A stretch of 64,000 nucleotides of DNA from a virus. Location: positions 116,135 through 180,134 of the IMG/VR virus record IMGVR_UViG_3300023202_000336. One strand, 5' to 3'. Position numbers and translations under genes: made by a program. The notes under the pieces were generated by a model, which was not told the DNA's origin, ran no database searches, and saw nothing but the letters and a program-made list of their open reading frames with translations. Shown here piece by piece: positions 37,902 through 47,919 of this stretch (the first letter of the stretch is position 1; each line of letters opens with the position of its first letter).

Positions 37902-38539
37902 TAATGGCTAAGAAAGCAAAAGCAAAGGCAAGAACAAAAACGAGTCAGTCTTCGGGCTCGCGGAGCGTCCCTCCACTGAACCAGATTCAGCTGAGTGAGG
38001 GTCCGGTCGGTACCGATAAAGCGATGACTTTCGATACATGCATGGATATGTACAAGGCTATCCAGGCGATGTGGTATGACTTCAACCTTCTCCCTTCGAA
38101 AGATAAAACGGTCATCATGAGTCTCGCCTTCAACGGTGGTTTCACGAAGCTCGCACGAGACGCCGCAAACAAGTTCAAAACCATACTCGAGCAGGACAGG
38201 CACAAGGTGAAGGAGATCGTCTACAAGATTAAGCAGTCCGTCATCCAGAAGGTTGCGAGCTATCTCAATCATATCGACGTGGGCTTCCGCCGGATGTACC
38301 CGGCTTCGGTGAGGATCTACTGTTCCCGCTATCCGAGTATAGCGGGCAAGTCCCTGGTACAGAGAGCGAACCGCCATTCGAGGTTGTCCGTGAAGCACGC
38401 AAAAGCGTCGCAGGATATATATGCGAAGCTTCCTGCAGCACAGAAACAACGGGCGGCTCCTGCTTGTGCCGTTGAGATGTCTCGGTCTGCGCTCGCGAGT
38501 GAACGACGTATCATTCGGAAGCTTCTGTTACTTCCTTGA
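37898..38539 (+). CDS. Hypothetical basic protein
   Basis: 213-aa ORF. Confidence 0.6.
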   Translation: MIMAKKAKAKARTKTSQSSGSRSVPPLNQIQLSEGPVGTDKAMTFDTCMDMYKAIQAMWYDFNLLPSKDKTVIMSLAFNGGFTKLARDAANKFKTILEQDRHKVKEIVYKIKQSVIQKVASYLNHIDVGFRRMYPASVRIYCSRYPSIAGKSLVQRANRHSRLSVKHAKASQDIYAKLPAAQKQRAAPACAVEMSRSALASERRIIRKLLLLP

Positions 38540-38570
38540 CAAACCAGCGATTTACGAATAATGATCTCGA

Positions 38571-38918
38571 ATGAGACCAAGTTGCTCCAATTGTGTACGT
38601 AAACACCTTGCGCAAGCGGTAGTCCTCGTCTCGGAAGCCGAACGGGGATATCCGCTTCACGCTTGGTACGCTGTCGGTCATATAGCTGAGGCGGAGGAGG
38701 AGCTCGTCGTCGAGCATCCGGACCTCGCAAACGAGCTGAGACAAGAGCGCCTTGGCTATATGAGCTATGTGACCGGCGGCGAACGTTACGTACCGAAGCT
38801 CGGTGATTTCATAGAAAAGATCTGCCTCATAGAAGATGACCTACGAGAAGATAGTTACGTGATAGACTTACCAGAAGAAGAGAAAGACTTCTTCACAGAA
38901 CCTCAGAAAAAGGAATAG
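38571..38918 (+). CDS. Hypothetical protein
   Basis: 115-aa ORF with N-terminal CxxC. Confidence 0.55.
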   Translation: MRPSCSNCVRKHLAQAVVLVSEAERGYPLHAWYAVGHIAEAEEELVVEHPDLANELRQERLGYMSYVTGGERYVPKLGDFIEKICLIEDDLREDSYVIDLPEEEKDFFTEPQKKE

Positions 38919-38925
38919 GAATATA

Positions 38926-39624
38926 ATGACCAACGAGAACCTCACAGCGGTGATACTCGTCCTCGACCGTTCGTCGTCTATGTTTGCGGTTCGAGGCGAA
39001 ACCATCGAAGGCGTCAATAACATGATCGAAGATCAGAAGGAAGGGGAAGGTGACGCACTCTTCTATATGGTCTCGTTCGCGAGCGCTGGGGACTATCAAG
39101 TAGTAAACGAATGGTCCGACATGAAGAGTGTCCGCCGTTTGACTTCGGAAGACTACGAGCCTTCTGGATTGACTGCGCTCATGGATGCGACAGTCAAGAC
39201 GATAGACGACGTAGGACGCTATTTCGAGTCTCTTCCCGAAGAGAAGCGCCCCGGAAAGATCGTGTTTGCAATCATGACCGATGGTCACGAGAACAACTCG
39301 CAGCACGCGAGTATTAGAGATATGAACAGTAAGATCGAACATCAGAAGAAGAAATATAACTGGCAGTTCCTCTACCTGGGGGCCAATCAGAATGCGATCG
39401 ATGTCGCTCAGGCCTACGGGATCCATCCTTCGAAGGCTATGACCTATGGTCATAGCGGAGAGAAGACTCAGTCGGCGATTCGCAGCTTTTCCGGATCTAT
39501 CCGGCGTGCTCGAATGGCTCATGGAGCTATGATATCGAACTCGGTCGCATTTACGGCCGAAGACAGAAAGTCAGCCGCCCCTGAAGGGGATGAGATCCAT
39601 TATGCGGAGGAAGAACAGAAGTGA
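38926..39624 (+). CDS. von Willebrand factor A domain protein
   Basis: MIDAS DRSSSM, TALMDA, TDGHEN, WQFLYLGAN. Confidence 0.9.
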   Translation: MTNENLTAVILVLDRSSSMFAVRGETIEGVNNMIEDQKEGEGDALFYMVSFASAGDYQVVNEWSDMKSVRRLTSEDYEPSGLTALMDATVKTIDDVGRYFESLPEEKRPGKIVFAIMTDGHENNSQHASIRDMNSKIEHQKKKYNWQFLYLGANQNAIDVAQAYGIHPSKAMTYGHSGEKTQSAIRSFSGSIRRARMAHGAMISNSVAFTAEDRKSAAPEGDEIHYAEEEQK

Positions 39625-39803
39625 TGAAAAAGTACGGTGTCAGTACGCCGTTCGATAAAGGGTTTCAGAGGGGGCTGTCCGGGCTGGACAGCTCCCCTGA
39701 TCCTTCTATCGAGACACGGCAAGATTACATAGCATATATGGAAGGTGTCGCACAAGGGCATCTTGCTCGCAAGGAGCGACAAGAAAACAAGGATAAGAAA
39801 TGA
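39621..39803 (+). CDS. Small hypothetical protein
   Basis: 60-aa ORF coupled to both neighbours. Confidence 0.55.
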   Translation: MMKKYGVSTPFDKGFQRGLSGLDSSPDPSIETRQDYIAYMEGVAQGHLARKERQENKDKK

Positions 39804-40429
39804 CCGATCCTGTTATACTTCTCGATATGGACGGTGTATTATCGGATTTTGCTTCAGCCGTATCTCGAGTATCGCCCGACCCGCATTACGTGTACAACTC
39901 ATTTGAGGCAAAGTTGATGTTCGGGGAGAAGGATCCAGCTCTTCTGGAGGAAGAGTTCGGATTCGATTCCGTAAATGAAATGTGGAGAGCGATCGATTCT
40001 CGAGGAATAGAATTCTGGTCGGAGATGCCGACGTATCCGTGGGCGAAACACCTCGTCGAGACGCTGTCCGGATTCGATGCGAAACTCGTCGTATGCACCG
40101 CACCGTCGCTTTCAGAAAACTCTGCGGCGGGAAAGGTAGTATGGCTTCAAAGATTTTTCAATTCCAGAAATTTCCGTGATTACATGCTCACCCCGGCTAA
40201 ATGGGCAGCCGCTTCAGAAAACACGTTTCTGATAGACGATAGCGAAAGTAATATCGAAAAATTCAGGCGACGGCGAGGAGGGGCTGCTCTCTGGCCTGCC
40301 CCGTGGAACAGTCTCCATAGTCGGTACTCGGATAATGGTATCAAACAGCTCGAGTACGTTCTCGAGCCGTTGAAAAAATGGTATGATGACATTACGGCTG
40401 ATACCCGCGCAGATATGATACACGGTTAG
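39800..40429 (+). CDS. HAD-family 5'(3')-deoxyribonucleotidase-like protein
   Basis: LDMDGVLSDF, CTAP, GKxxWL, LIDD. Confidence 0.85.
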   Translation: MTDPVILLDMDGVLSDFASAVSRVSPDPHYVYNSFEAKLMFGEKDPALLEEEFGFDSVNEMWRAIDSRGIEFWSEMPTYPWAKHLVETLSGFDAKLVVCTAPSLSENSAAGKVVWLQRFFNSRNFRDYMLTPAKWAAASENTFLIDDSESNIEKFRRRRGGAALWPAPWNSLHSRYSDNGIKQLEYVLEPLKKWYDDITADTRADMIHG

Positions 40430-40486
40430 ACGCGTTTACTCAGCCGCATCAGAACCGATACACGCACATCTCAACGGAGGGCGTAC

Positions 40487-40972
40487 ATGTCACGCTTCTT
40501 TAGCTTTCTTGGTGACGTCTTTGACGGTATGTCTATGGTTCAAGGGTCGTTCAAGTATCTATTCGCTGCGCTCGTGTTTTATACTTTTGGATATCTGCCT
40601 GCGCTAATGGCATTCAAATACGATAGTTTCACGACACTTATGGTGATGTTCGGGTTCGTTACGTCACTGACCTGCGTGGCATTCTTCTATCAGCACGTCC
40701 ATCAAGAGCTTCGACACTATGGCTTCGGCGTGAGGTATCCGCATGATAACGGATATACGCAAAGGTTGGAGAAGAAGCTCGCGGAGCGGAGTAAGAAGCA
40801 ACAAGCAGCAGCCGAAGCACTTGAAGAGGGGTACTATATGATTTACCGTGATTACAAAAGGACGCTTCTTAATGGGACTAGCGAAGATATAGCTCGCGCT
40901 CACAAGACCCTGAGTAGATGTTGTAAAGAGATTGACGAAAGCAGAAGCCTTAGTGGAATACCAACTCTCTAA
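40487..40972 (+). CDS. Membrane protein
   Basis: Two hydrophobic segments; GGAG RBS. Confidence 0.6.
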   Translation: MSRFFSFLGDVFDGMSMVQGSFKYLFAALVFYTFGYLPALMAFKYDSFTTLMVMFGFVTSLTCVAFFYQHVHQELRHYGFGVRYPHDNGYTQRLEKKLAERSKKQQAAAEALEEGYYMIYRDYKRTLLNGTSEDIARAHKTLSRCCKEIDESRSLSGIPTL

Positions 40973-40989
40973 CCGAAAGGAATGATACT

Positions 40990-41265
40990 ATGCCACAATT
41001 TACGGTACGTAGAGCGCGTCTTGAGATCGAAGAGTTCGATGTCGACGCTGCTGACGAAGTCCATGCGAAAGCTATCGTCGAGGACGGTCTCGATCAAGCT
41101 ACTCTCACGCCAGATAGGACCGAGACGAAAGATGTACGTTTTGATGAATTCCAGACCAGTTCCGATCCCGCTGCGAGTACGCTCACTGTGACCACCTCGC
41201 AGCAAAACTTCATCACGCCGAATGAGCTTTCGGATATACAAGCCCTCGGCGCAACCATCCAGTGA
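40990..41265 (+). CDS. Hypothetical protein
   Basis: GAAAGGAA RBS, 91 aa. Confidence 0.55.
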   Translation: MPQFTVRRARLEIEEFDVDAADEVHAKAIVEDGLDQATLTPDRTETKDVRFDEFQTSSDPAASTLTVTTSQQNFITPNELSDIQALGATIQ

Positions 41266-41336
41266 AAGGAACCCATGGATAGACTTATAGACAAAATCAT
41301 ACCAATCACTAGCTTTCAGGGCCCGAGATAAGTCCG

Positions 41337-41636
41337 ATGGGTAGGGTCCTCAAGTATATCGTCTATAATAAGGGGAATCTGGATTTTTTCGTCGTAGCTC
41401 CAGAGATCGCAAAACACGTCGACTTTGTGCCTCGAACCGTTGAAAACGAAGACCTGTTATCCGCTGGATTCTGTAAGGTCTATTACACCGGACAGTTGCG
41501 TCTGCACCCGGAAACGTTTGAAGCTGGCTATCAAGAAGTTCGCGTCAGATGCTACGGAAGATCCGTCTCGCTAGGTTTAGAGAGTCGACCTAAAGAAGAC
41601 TCGAAGCTGCTGACGCGTTATATTACACTGTTCTAA
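41337..41636 (+). CDS. Hypothetical protein
   Basis: 99-aa ORF. Confidence 0.55.
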   Translation: MGRVLKYIVYNKGNLDFFVVAPEIAKHVDFVPRTVENEDLLSAGFCKVYYTGQLRLHPETFEAGYQEVRVRCYGRSVSLGLESRPKEDSKLLTRYITLF

Positions 41637-41659
41637 ACTATAATACCGAAAGGAACAGG

Positions 41660-43036
41660 ATGCAGGATATCCTTCAGTTCCTGAAGGAACAGATGAAAGA
41701 CAATCAGTTTCTTCAGGGTGGCCTCGTTTTGGGCCTCGTCGGGAGCGCTATTGTATACTTGAGGCATTTGCCCGTGCTCGTTTATCGGTGGATAAAGTTT
41801 TTACTAACGGTGACGGTAACCTTCGAGAGTAGAGATCCACTTTTTGATTTCTTTAAACAATGGACGAATGACCAAGAATTCATTTACAAGAAGCGTAACG
41901 TCATGGTATCGACGAATGAACACGTTGATCCACCGGTCATAAGGCAAGAGATGGGGAGATCGAGGTATGTACTTCGGATGCATGGATTTTGGCTGACCGT
42001 ATCAAGGTACCGCGACGAAGCAGTTGCCGACAAGAAGGCTGATCGAATGAGCTTTTCGCAGCTTATGAATCCGGAGATGATCACGGTGACGTGTTTCGTC
42101 TGGAACAGAAAGAAGCTCGTCTCTATTCTCGACGAGGTAATCGATTCGTACGGTTCGAACGTGAAATTCGGAGTACCGACGTATCAGTTCGGGTACTGGA
42201 GTTGGGTATCCAGCGGTGTCCAGAGCAAACGCGATGTCGATTCTCTGGTTCTTCGCGAGGGGCTCAAGGAAGAGATACTACGCGACGTTGAAGATTTTTA
42301 CGCTTCGAAGGAATGGTACGATCGATTGCATATCCCTCATCAACGCGGGTATCTCCTCAAAGGACCCCCGGGGACAGGTAAGACCAGCCTTGTTGGGACT
42401 ATGGCTGGCTTCTTCAACTTGAAGCTATGCCCGTTGGAACTCGGGAGCATCGATGACGACTCGACACTGAGACGAGCATTCACCAATGTACCGGGTAGAG
42501 CGATTATCGTTATCGAAGATTTCGATTCGTTTTTTGAAGGCCGCAAACCGAAAAATCCAGATTCGAAGATAACCTTTAGCGGCCTTCTCAATGCCGTTAA
42601 CGGCATCATACATAGCCCCGGGAGACTTCTTGTGCTGACAACTAACAGGGTTGAGAATATCGACCCAGCTCTGAGCCGTGTCGGACGTATCGACCGGATA
42701 TTCGAACTTGGTTACGTCGATGAGTATCAAGCGGGAACGTTGCTTCGTAAATTCGACCCGAGAATTAACGAGGATATCGTAGACGACTTTGCGAAAAGGT
42801 GTGCTGAAAATAAGCTTACGCCGGCGGATCTTCTCGGTTACTTTCAAATGTGCAAGAATGATCCGGAGCGTGTCATCGATGTCGAAGCTATCGTTGAAGA
42901 GCGGAGAAAGCGCGACGCGCTTAGCGAAGAGATAGATAGGGAGGCGGAACTGCAGTTAAAGGAGCAGAGACGGAGAGAGGCCGAGACAAAGCCTGAAGTA
43001 TCTCAGGCGGGCGTCCACCACGGGAGGCCGGTATAA
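41660..43036 (+). CDS. BCS1-like membrane-anchored AAA+ ATPase
   Basis: N-terminal hydrophobic helix, RGYLLxGPPGTGKTS, IEDFD, ITFSGLLNA, TTN and LxRxGRID. Confidence 0.85.
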   Translation: MQDILQFLKEQMKDNQFLQGGLVLGLVGSAIVYLRHLPVLVYRWIKFLLTVTVTFESRDPLFDFFKQWTNDQEFIYKKRNVMVSTNEHVDPPVIRQEMGRSRYVLRMHGFWLTVSRYRDEAVADKKADRMSFSQLMNPEMITVTCFVWNRKKLVSILDEVIDSYGSNVKFGVPTYQFGYWSWVSSGVQSKRDVDSLVLREGLKEEILRDVEDFYASKEWYDRLHIPHQRGYLLKGPPGTGKTSLVGTMAGFFNLKLCPLELGSIDDDSTLRRAFTNVPGRAIIVIEDFDSFFEGRKPKNPDSKITFSGLLNAVNGIIHSPGRLLVLTTNRVENIDPALSRVGRIDRIFELGYVDEYQAGTLLRKFDPRINEDIVDDFAKRCAENKLTPADLLGYFQMCKNDPERVIDVEAIVEERRKRDALSEEIDREAELQLKEQRRREAETKPEVSQAGVHHGRPV

Positions 43037-43534
43037 ATGAGTGAGCTTATATCACTACGGTTGATAATAACTGTACTCGCATTGAGCGCCGGGGCTAGTT
43101 ATGGAGCCTTGACCAGGCATAGCTTCAAAAGTCTTTATGACAAGGTTTATATAGTTTTCGGTCGCGTTTTTTATTCGTTTTTTCCGTTCGCACTTTTGTT
43201 CACAATTGCTGGTGTATTAGTATTGATAAACGCAATACTATTCCTTCCTGAACCTTTCAAGCTGTGTTTTTGTATTTTCCTTGGTTTTCCAGCATACGCG
43301 GTTGGTAATATATCTGCAGCATGGCTTGCCCGAGTTAGTGTAATATCGGTCCAATGTCCGAATCCGACATGCCGGTATATATGTACAAACTGGAGTGCGT
43401 TCAATCCACGGCCGGTAATGAAGTGTAAAAGGTGTCACAGTGAGTTCATGTTTCATATGCTCAAGGACAATATGGTGTACGCCAAGACACTCCAAGACTG
43501 TGCTCGCCGGAGCCTCGTATCTGATGCTCGCTAG
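43037..43534 (+). CDS. Membrane protein with C-terminal zinc ribbon
   Basis: Hydrophobic N-terminal part; CPNPTC and CKRC. Confidence 0.6.
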   Translation: MSELISLRLIITVLALSAGASYGALTRHSFKSLYDKVYIVFGRVFYSFFPFALLFTIAGVLVLINAILFLPEPFKLCFCIFLGFPAYAVGNISAAWLARVSVISVQCPNPTCRYICTNWSAFNPRPVMKCKRCHSEFMFHMLKDNMVYAKTLQDCARRSLVSDAR

Positions 43535-43622
43535 AGCTTCGTATCTGAGACTGAGATGTAGCTGAGACTACAGCCGTTTACACCGTTCCCTCCCCACCCC
43601 TCTGCCGAAAGGAAGGCTGATT

Positions 43623-44513
43623 TTGAGTAAGCAGCACGAACATCTATTTGAAAAAATTTTAGGAGTAGCCTATGGTACCGCTGGCGCCGAGGGCGAAGAA
43701 ATACCGAAATCGAAAGCTAAATTTTGGAGTCGCGACGATAATGGTAACTACCTTTGCTTCTATCCGGAGCTAAACCCACAGAAGCGTCTTGCCCCGGGGG
43801 TTTACAAAGTTTACAAAGTACCTATGGGTACTGTATTTCATCGAGACGACGTCAAACGTATTGATACGATTGATCTCTCGAGCGAACAGATAAAGGTTCT
43901 CGAGCAGGTGAAAAAGTTCTGGGGGTATAGGGAGAAATACCGCGAACTGAACATCCCGCATAAACGTGGGTTCCTGCTGTACGGCGAACCAGGGACAGGG
44001 AAAACTACTATACTCACGGAAGTCGTGCATCGAGTGATCGATATGGGAGGCGTTGCTATCAACGTACCGGAAAGTGCGGAGCTTCGAACTATCTCGCAGG
44101 GTATTAGTGATATTCAAAAGCTTGATGGGCCTCGTCCCATATGTTTCTTCATCGAAGACATCGATATTTATGAGGATAACCATGCTTTCGTAAACTTCTT
44201 GGACGGCACGAATGAGCTCGACGGCGTGATCATTATCGCAACAACGAACTATATAGAGAACATACCGGATCGATTGAAGAATAGGCCAGGGCGATTCGAT
44301 GAGGTGCATAGGATCGTGCCCCCAGAGGCGGCCGAGTGCGCAGGTCTGGTAGATTTCTATACGAGGTCCCTTCGGGAGGAGTACGGAGAGGACTACGGAA
44401 AAGAGATCATGAAGTTTGCACAAGAGTTGGAGGGAAAGACTCCGGCTGAGATCAGGGGAGCTATCGTCGATAGATATATCTATGGCGAATACGAGAAGAG
44501 GAAGAAACGATGA
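43623..44513 (+). CDS. AAA+ ATPase
   Basis: RGFLLYGEPGTGKT, FIEDID, ATTN, RPGRFD. Confidence 0.9.
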   Translation: MSKQHEHLFEKILGVAYGTAGAEGEEIPKSKAKFWSRDDNGNYLCFYPELNPQKRLAPGVYKVYKVPMGTVFHRDDVKRIDTIDLSSEQIKVLEQVKKFWGYREKYRELNIPHKRGFLLYGEPGTGKTTILTEVVHRVIDMGGVAINVPESAELRTISQGISDIQKLDGPRPICFFIEDIDIYEDNHAFVNFLDGTNELDGVIIIATTNYIENIPDRLKNRPGRFDEVHRIVPPEAAECAGLVDFYTRSLREEYGEDYGKEIMKFAQELEGKTPAEIRGAIVDRYIYGEYEKRKKR

Positions 44514-45382
44514 CGGGTAAAGCAGTCGCAGAAGATCGGGAGATACAAGGGGCGCCTTCGAAAGAGCAGTATTTCATCCACGAGGTGATCGATGCTCTTC
44601 AGAGCATCGGTACAGATCCTGCGATCGTGACGTCGCTCGCGTGGGGGATACTCGGCTACTACCAGCAACCATGGAGGAAGTATCATACGGTAGACCACGT
44701 CATGGATATGATAGAGAAAGCGAAGGAGCTCAATTGGTATACACCTTGTGAGATGCGTCTCGCGATCATCTATCACGATATCTGTATGAATCCTCCGGGT
44801 AAACAGCCCGTCGAAGGACATAATGAAGCCATGAGCGCACTCATGATGCGTAGGTCTCTTGAGCGACGAGCGGTTGGTCTCACATCGGAAGAGGGTTCCT
44901 TGGTACCTTCGTATTACCGGAAAAAGATGTTCTGCGTGAGCGTCGAAACCATCGAAGACATGATTCTGATGACCGGAAACTATGCGAGAACAGATATCGA
45001 GTTAATACAGCCGTGGAGCATATCCGACGGCGATCCGCGCGAGGACTACGAACTCAGATTTCAGGCGAGGCTTTGCGACCTTGATCTTTCGAGCCTTGCG
45101 AGAGAGCCTTACGAGGCGTTCTTGCAGCAACAGCGTAACATCATCGAAGAGGCGGGGTACTCGACCGAGGACGGAGATTTCGCCTACATAGAGGGTATGC
45201 GCAAGTGTGCTAAGTTTCTCAAGAAGACGTTCCTCAAGAATAGAGGTGATGCACTCTATTACACCAAGGAAGGCCGCGAGCGGTGGCTGCAAAAAGCGAA
45301 AGATAATATGAAGCGCTTTTGCAAAGAATACGGGGACGAATACGTGATTTCGGCTCCAAAAGCAGAAGAAGTAAGTATGTGA
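44510..45382 (+). CDS. HD-superfamily phosphohydrolase
   Basis: RKYHTVDH, AIIYHD, HNEAMSA, DLDLSSL. Confidence 0.8.
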   Translation: MTGKAVAEDREIQGAPSKEQYFIHEVIDALQSIGTDPAIVTSLAWGILGYYQQPWRKYHTVDHVMDMIEKAKELNWYTPCEMRLAIIYHDICMNPPGKQPVEGHNEAMSALMMRRSLERRAVGLTSEEGSLVPSYYRKKMFCVSVETIEDMILMTGNYARTDIELIQPWSISDGDPREDYELRFQARLCDLDLSSLAREPYEAFLQQQRNIIEEAGYSTEDGDFAYIEGMRKCAKFLKKTFLKNRGDALYYTKEGRERWLQKAKDNMKRFCKEYGDEYVISAPKAEEVSM

Positions 45383-45515
45383 GCTTACTCTCAGTTTTCC
45401 TGGCGGGACCCCCGCCAGTAAACTATGCTCGCTCAGGAGCTTCGTATCTGAGACTGCGCGCGCAGGAGCTTCGTATCTGAGACGTATCTAAGACAAGAGA
45501 GGAGTTTTACCTAGG

Positions 45516-45976
45516 TATCGAAAAGGTAGAAGGTCGTGGTAGCAGACACACCGTGTCGAGAGCCAAGACCGTTGTGATCGAAAATCTGAATGTGCGAGGA
45601 ATGCTGAAGAACCACTGTTTGGCGAGAGCCATCAGCGACATCGGGTTCTACGAGTTCAGACGGCAACTTGAATACAAATGCCAGATGAACGGTGTAGAGC
45701 TAATTATTGCTGATCGGTGGTTCCCGTCCACAAAACTGTGTAGGTTTTGCGGGACAATACATGAGATGTCGTTGTCGGATCGAACCTTCCAGTGTGGCTG
45801 TGGTCATATTGAAGATCGTGATGTCAACGCCGCTAAGAATCTTCGTACTCTCGGCTTGAGAGGAATTGACGCCTGTGGACAGGAAGGCTCTGGTCTTGGT
45901 TTAGATCAAGACGAAACCAGTCTGGATGAAGCAGGAACCCAATCTCTGGTAACTTCTACAAGTTACCACATTTAGG
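45516..45976 (+). mobile_element. Internally deleted TnpB element
   Basis: Same left 22-mer and right hairpin-TAGG end as 27205-28677; left end abuts the C-terminal half of tnpB. Confidence 0.75.
45553..45975 (+). pseudogene. tnpB: tnpB fragment (RuvC-II, zinc finger and RuvC-III only)
   Basis: VIENLNV, CRFC/CGC, DRDVNAAKNL; RuvC-I and N-terminus absent. Confidence 0.88.
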
Positions 45977-45988
45977 AAAGCAGCAACT

Positions 45989-46621
45989 ATGAGTAAGTAC
46001 CACAAGATACAGACCGTATTCAAGCGTGATCCCGCGAACAAAAACAGGACACTGTTGGAGGGTGAGTACTCTCTTCCAGAGTTTGAGTTTTTGAAGAGTA
46101 ACAAGTGGGTGTTCACGGAAAAGGTAGACGGAACTAACATCCGAGTCTACTTTAAGGATGGAGAAATCACCTTCGGCGGGCGAACCGATCAGGCCCAGAT
46201 ACCACCTACACTGGTTGAGCGACTTAATGACCTGTTCTTATCGCAGCGTGAACGTTTCGTTGAGAAGTTTGGCGAAGCAGAGGTGTGTCTATATGGCGAG
46301 GGTTACGGACCGAAGATTCAGAAGGGCGGAGGGAATTACCGGGATGATCAAAGTTTTGTTTTGTTCGACGTGAACGTTGGGGGCTGGTGGTTGCAGCGTA
46401 ACGATGTCGATGACGTGTCTCAATTTTTTGGTTTAGACATTGTTCCAATCGTTGGCGAGGGCACCCTGCTGGATATGGTCGAACTCGTCAGAGGCGGGAT
46501 CAAATCGGCGTGGGGCGATTTCCAGGCCGAAGGCTTGGTGGCCAGGCCCGAGATAGAGTTGCGGACACGCGGTGGCCATCGGATTATAACCAAGATTAAG
46601 TGCCGTGATTTTCCCGTTTAA
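45989..46621 (+). CDS. RNA ligase (Rnl2-like nucleotidyltransferase)
   Basis: EKVDGTN, YGEGYG, FVLFDV, EGLV, TKIK. Confidence 0.85.
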   Translation: MSKYHKIQTVFKRDPANKNRTLLEGEYSLPEFEFLKSNKWVFTEKVDGTNIRVYFKDGEITFGGRTDQAQIPPTLVERLNDLFLSQRERFVEKFGEAEVCLYGEGYGPKIQKGGGNYRDDQSFVLFDVNVGGWWLQRNDVDDVSQFFGLDIVPIVGEGTLLDMVELVRGGIKSAWGDFQAEGLVARPEIELRTRGGHRIITKIKCRDFPV

Positions 46622-46762
46622 TCTAGTTAAAGGAGGAGCAATCGTGAACCATGCGGTGGTTTTGTTTCCAGGTGGGAGGGACAGCATCTATGAAAAGAGA
46701 AGCAGAAAAATCAGGTATTACGATATACGACCGTACGTCAATCTAACGATGGAGATAAACGC

Positions 46763-47044
46763 GTGAGCGAAGCGAATCCACTTGACCGTTTTGTTAGCAC
46801 AATTTCCTCCCCAAAAGTTGGGTGGCACTGCACAACAAAGGCCAAGTTAGAAAAGTACCGCGCAAGCGGCAGGATCATCGCACCAGTTAGATTCTGGCCG
46901 AATGAAGAAACGGCGAGGCGCTGGGCGAAAAGAACGGGCAGAGAGTTGGTGATAAAAATTACCCTGCCCGGAATTTCATATCCGCTGCCTGATCATAAAC
47001 CGGCGCTATTCTGTCCGCACGATGTGGTGCAGTTTGATTGCTAA
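46763..47044 (+). CDS. Hypothetical cassette protein
   Basis: Stop codon lies inside the attC-like R'' box. Confidence 0.55.
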   Translation: MSEANPLDRFVSTISSPKVGWHCTTKAKLEKYRASGRIIAPVRFWPNEETARRWAKRTGRELVIKITLPGISYPLPDHKPALFCPHDVVQFDC

Positions 47045-47092
47045 CGCCGGCATCAGCGGCGCGGCAGCGTCCGCTGCATGCACTTGTCAGCT
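47039..47092 (+). other. Integron attC-like site 1
   Basis: TGCTAAC to GTCAGCT with inner ATCAGCGG/CCGCTGCAT arms and one extra base. Confidence 0.65.
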
Positions 47093-47114
47093 TCAGGGAC
47101 AGAAAGGATAAGCC

Positions 47115-47546
47115 ATGCCCGGTTATGCTGCTATTGGACTCGATAACCCCAAGAATGCATGCAACATCGGCAGCGCACTAAGAGCCTGTGGTGTTTATGG
47201 AGCATCTATGCTTGCCACCACTGGGGCAAGATTTGGCAGAGCACCAACTGATACCATGAAAGCCTTTAGACACCTGCCTTGGCTGCGCGTTGATGACCTG
47301 CATGACATCGTGCCTTATGACTGCGTGCCGGTTGCCGTTGATTTGATCGAAGGCGCAGCACCGTTGCCAGAGTACAAACACCCAGAACGCGCCTTCTATG
47401 TGTTTGGAGCAGAGGACGCGACTCTAGGCCAAAGAACGCTTTCATGGTGCCGTGATGTAGTCTATGTGCCGACCAATGGTTGTATGAACCTTGCGGCGAC
47501 CATCAACGTGATCCTGTACGATCGTGCAGCAAAACGAGAAAGCTAA
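47115..47546 (+). CDS. SpoU/TrmH-family RNA methyltransferase
   Basis: NIGSALRAC, VFGAED, CMNLAAT SPOUT motifs. Confidence 0.9.
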   Translation: MPGYAAIGLDNPKNACNIGSALRACGVYGASMLATTGARFGRAPTDTMKAFRHLPWLRVDDLHDIVPYDCVPVAVDLIEGAAPLPEYKHPERAFYVFGAEDATLGQRTLSWCRDVVYVPTNGCMNLAATINVILYDRAAKRES

Positions 47547-47596
47547 CGCACCAAAATCAGCGGCGCGGCAGCGTCCGCTGCATGCACTTGTTAGAA
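47541..47596 (+). other. Integron attC-like site 2
   Basis: AGCTAAC to GTTAGAA with the same inner arms; TrmH stop codon lies in the TAAC box. Confidence 0.7.
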
Positions 47597-47616
47597 CATT
47601 AACCCAAGGAGCGGAA

Positions 47617-47919
47617 ATGAAACAAAGCGACATCAAACCATGCTGCGTGTGCGGGGAAGGAGTGGGGCATTGCGGCCCGGCCTTCTACACCGTCCGACTC
47701 ACCCAACAGATATTGCTGGAGAGAAACATCACGCGCCATGCCGGCCTGGAACAGATGTTGGGATCAGCCACCTTGGCGTCTGTGATGGGAGTAGATGCTG
47801 ACATCAGTCAGGAAATGTGCGCAACGGCTGATCTCTGGATCTGCCAAGAATGCGCGATGAAGACGCCGATTCTCATGCTCTTGGAATACGTTGAGGCATC
47901 CGAGGAGGACGAAAAATGA
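47617..47919 (+). CDS. Hypothetical zinc-binding protein
   Basis: AAGGAG RBS; CxxC at both ends. Confidence 0.6.
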   Translation: MKQSDIKPCCVCGEGVGHCGPAFYTVRLTQQILLERNITRHAGLEQMLGSATLASVMGVDADISQEMCATADLWICQECAMKTPILMLLEYVEASEEDEK

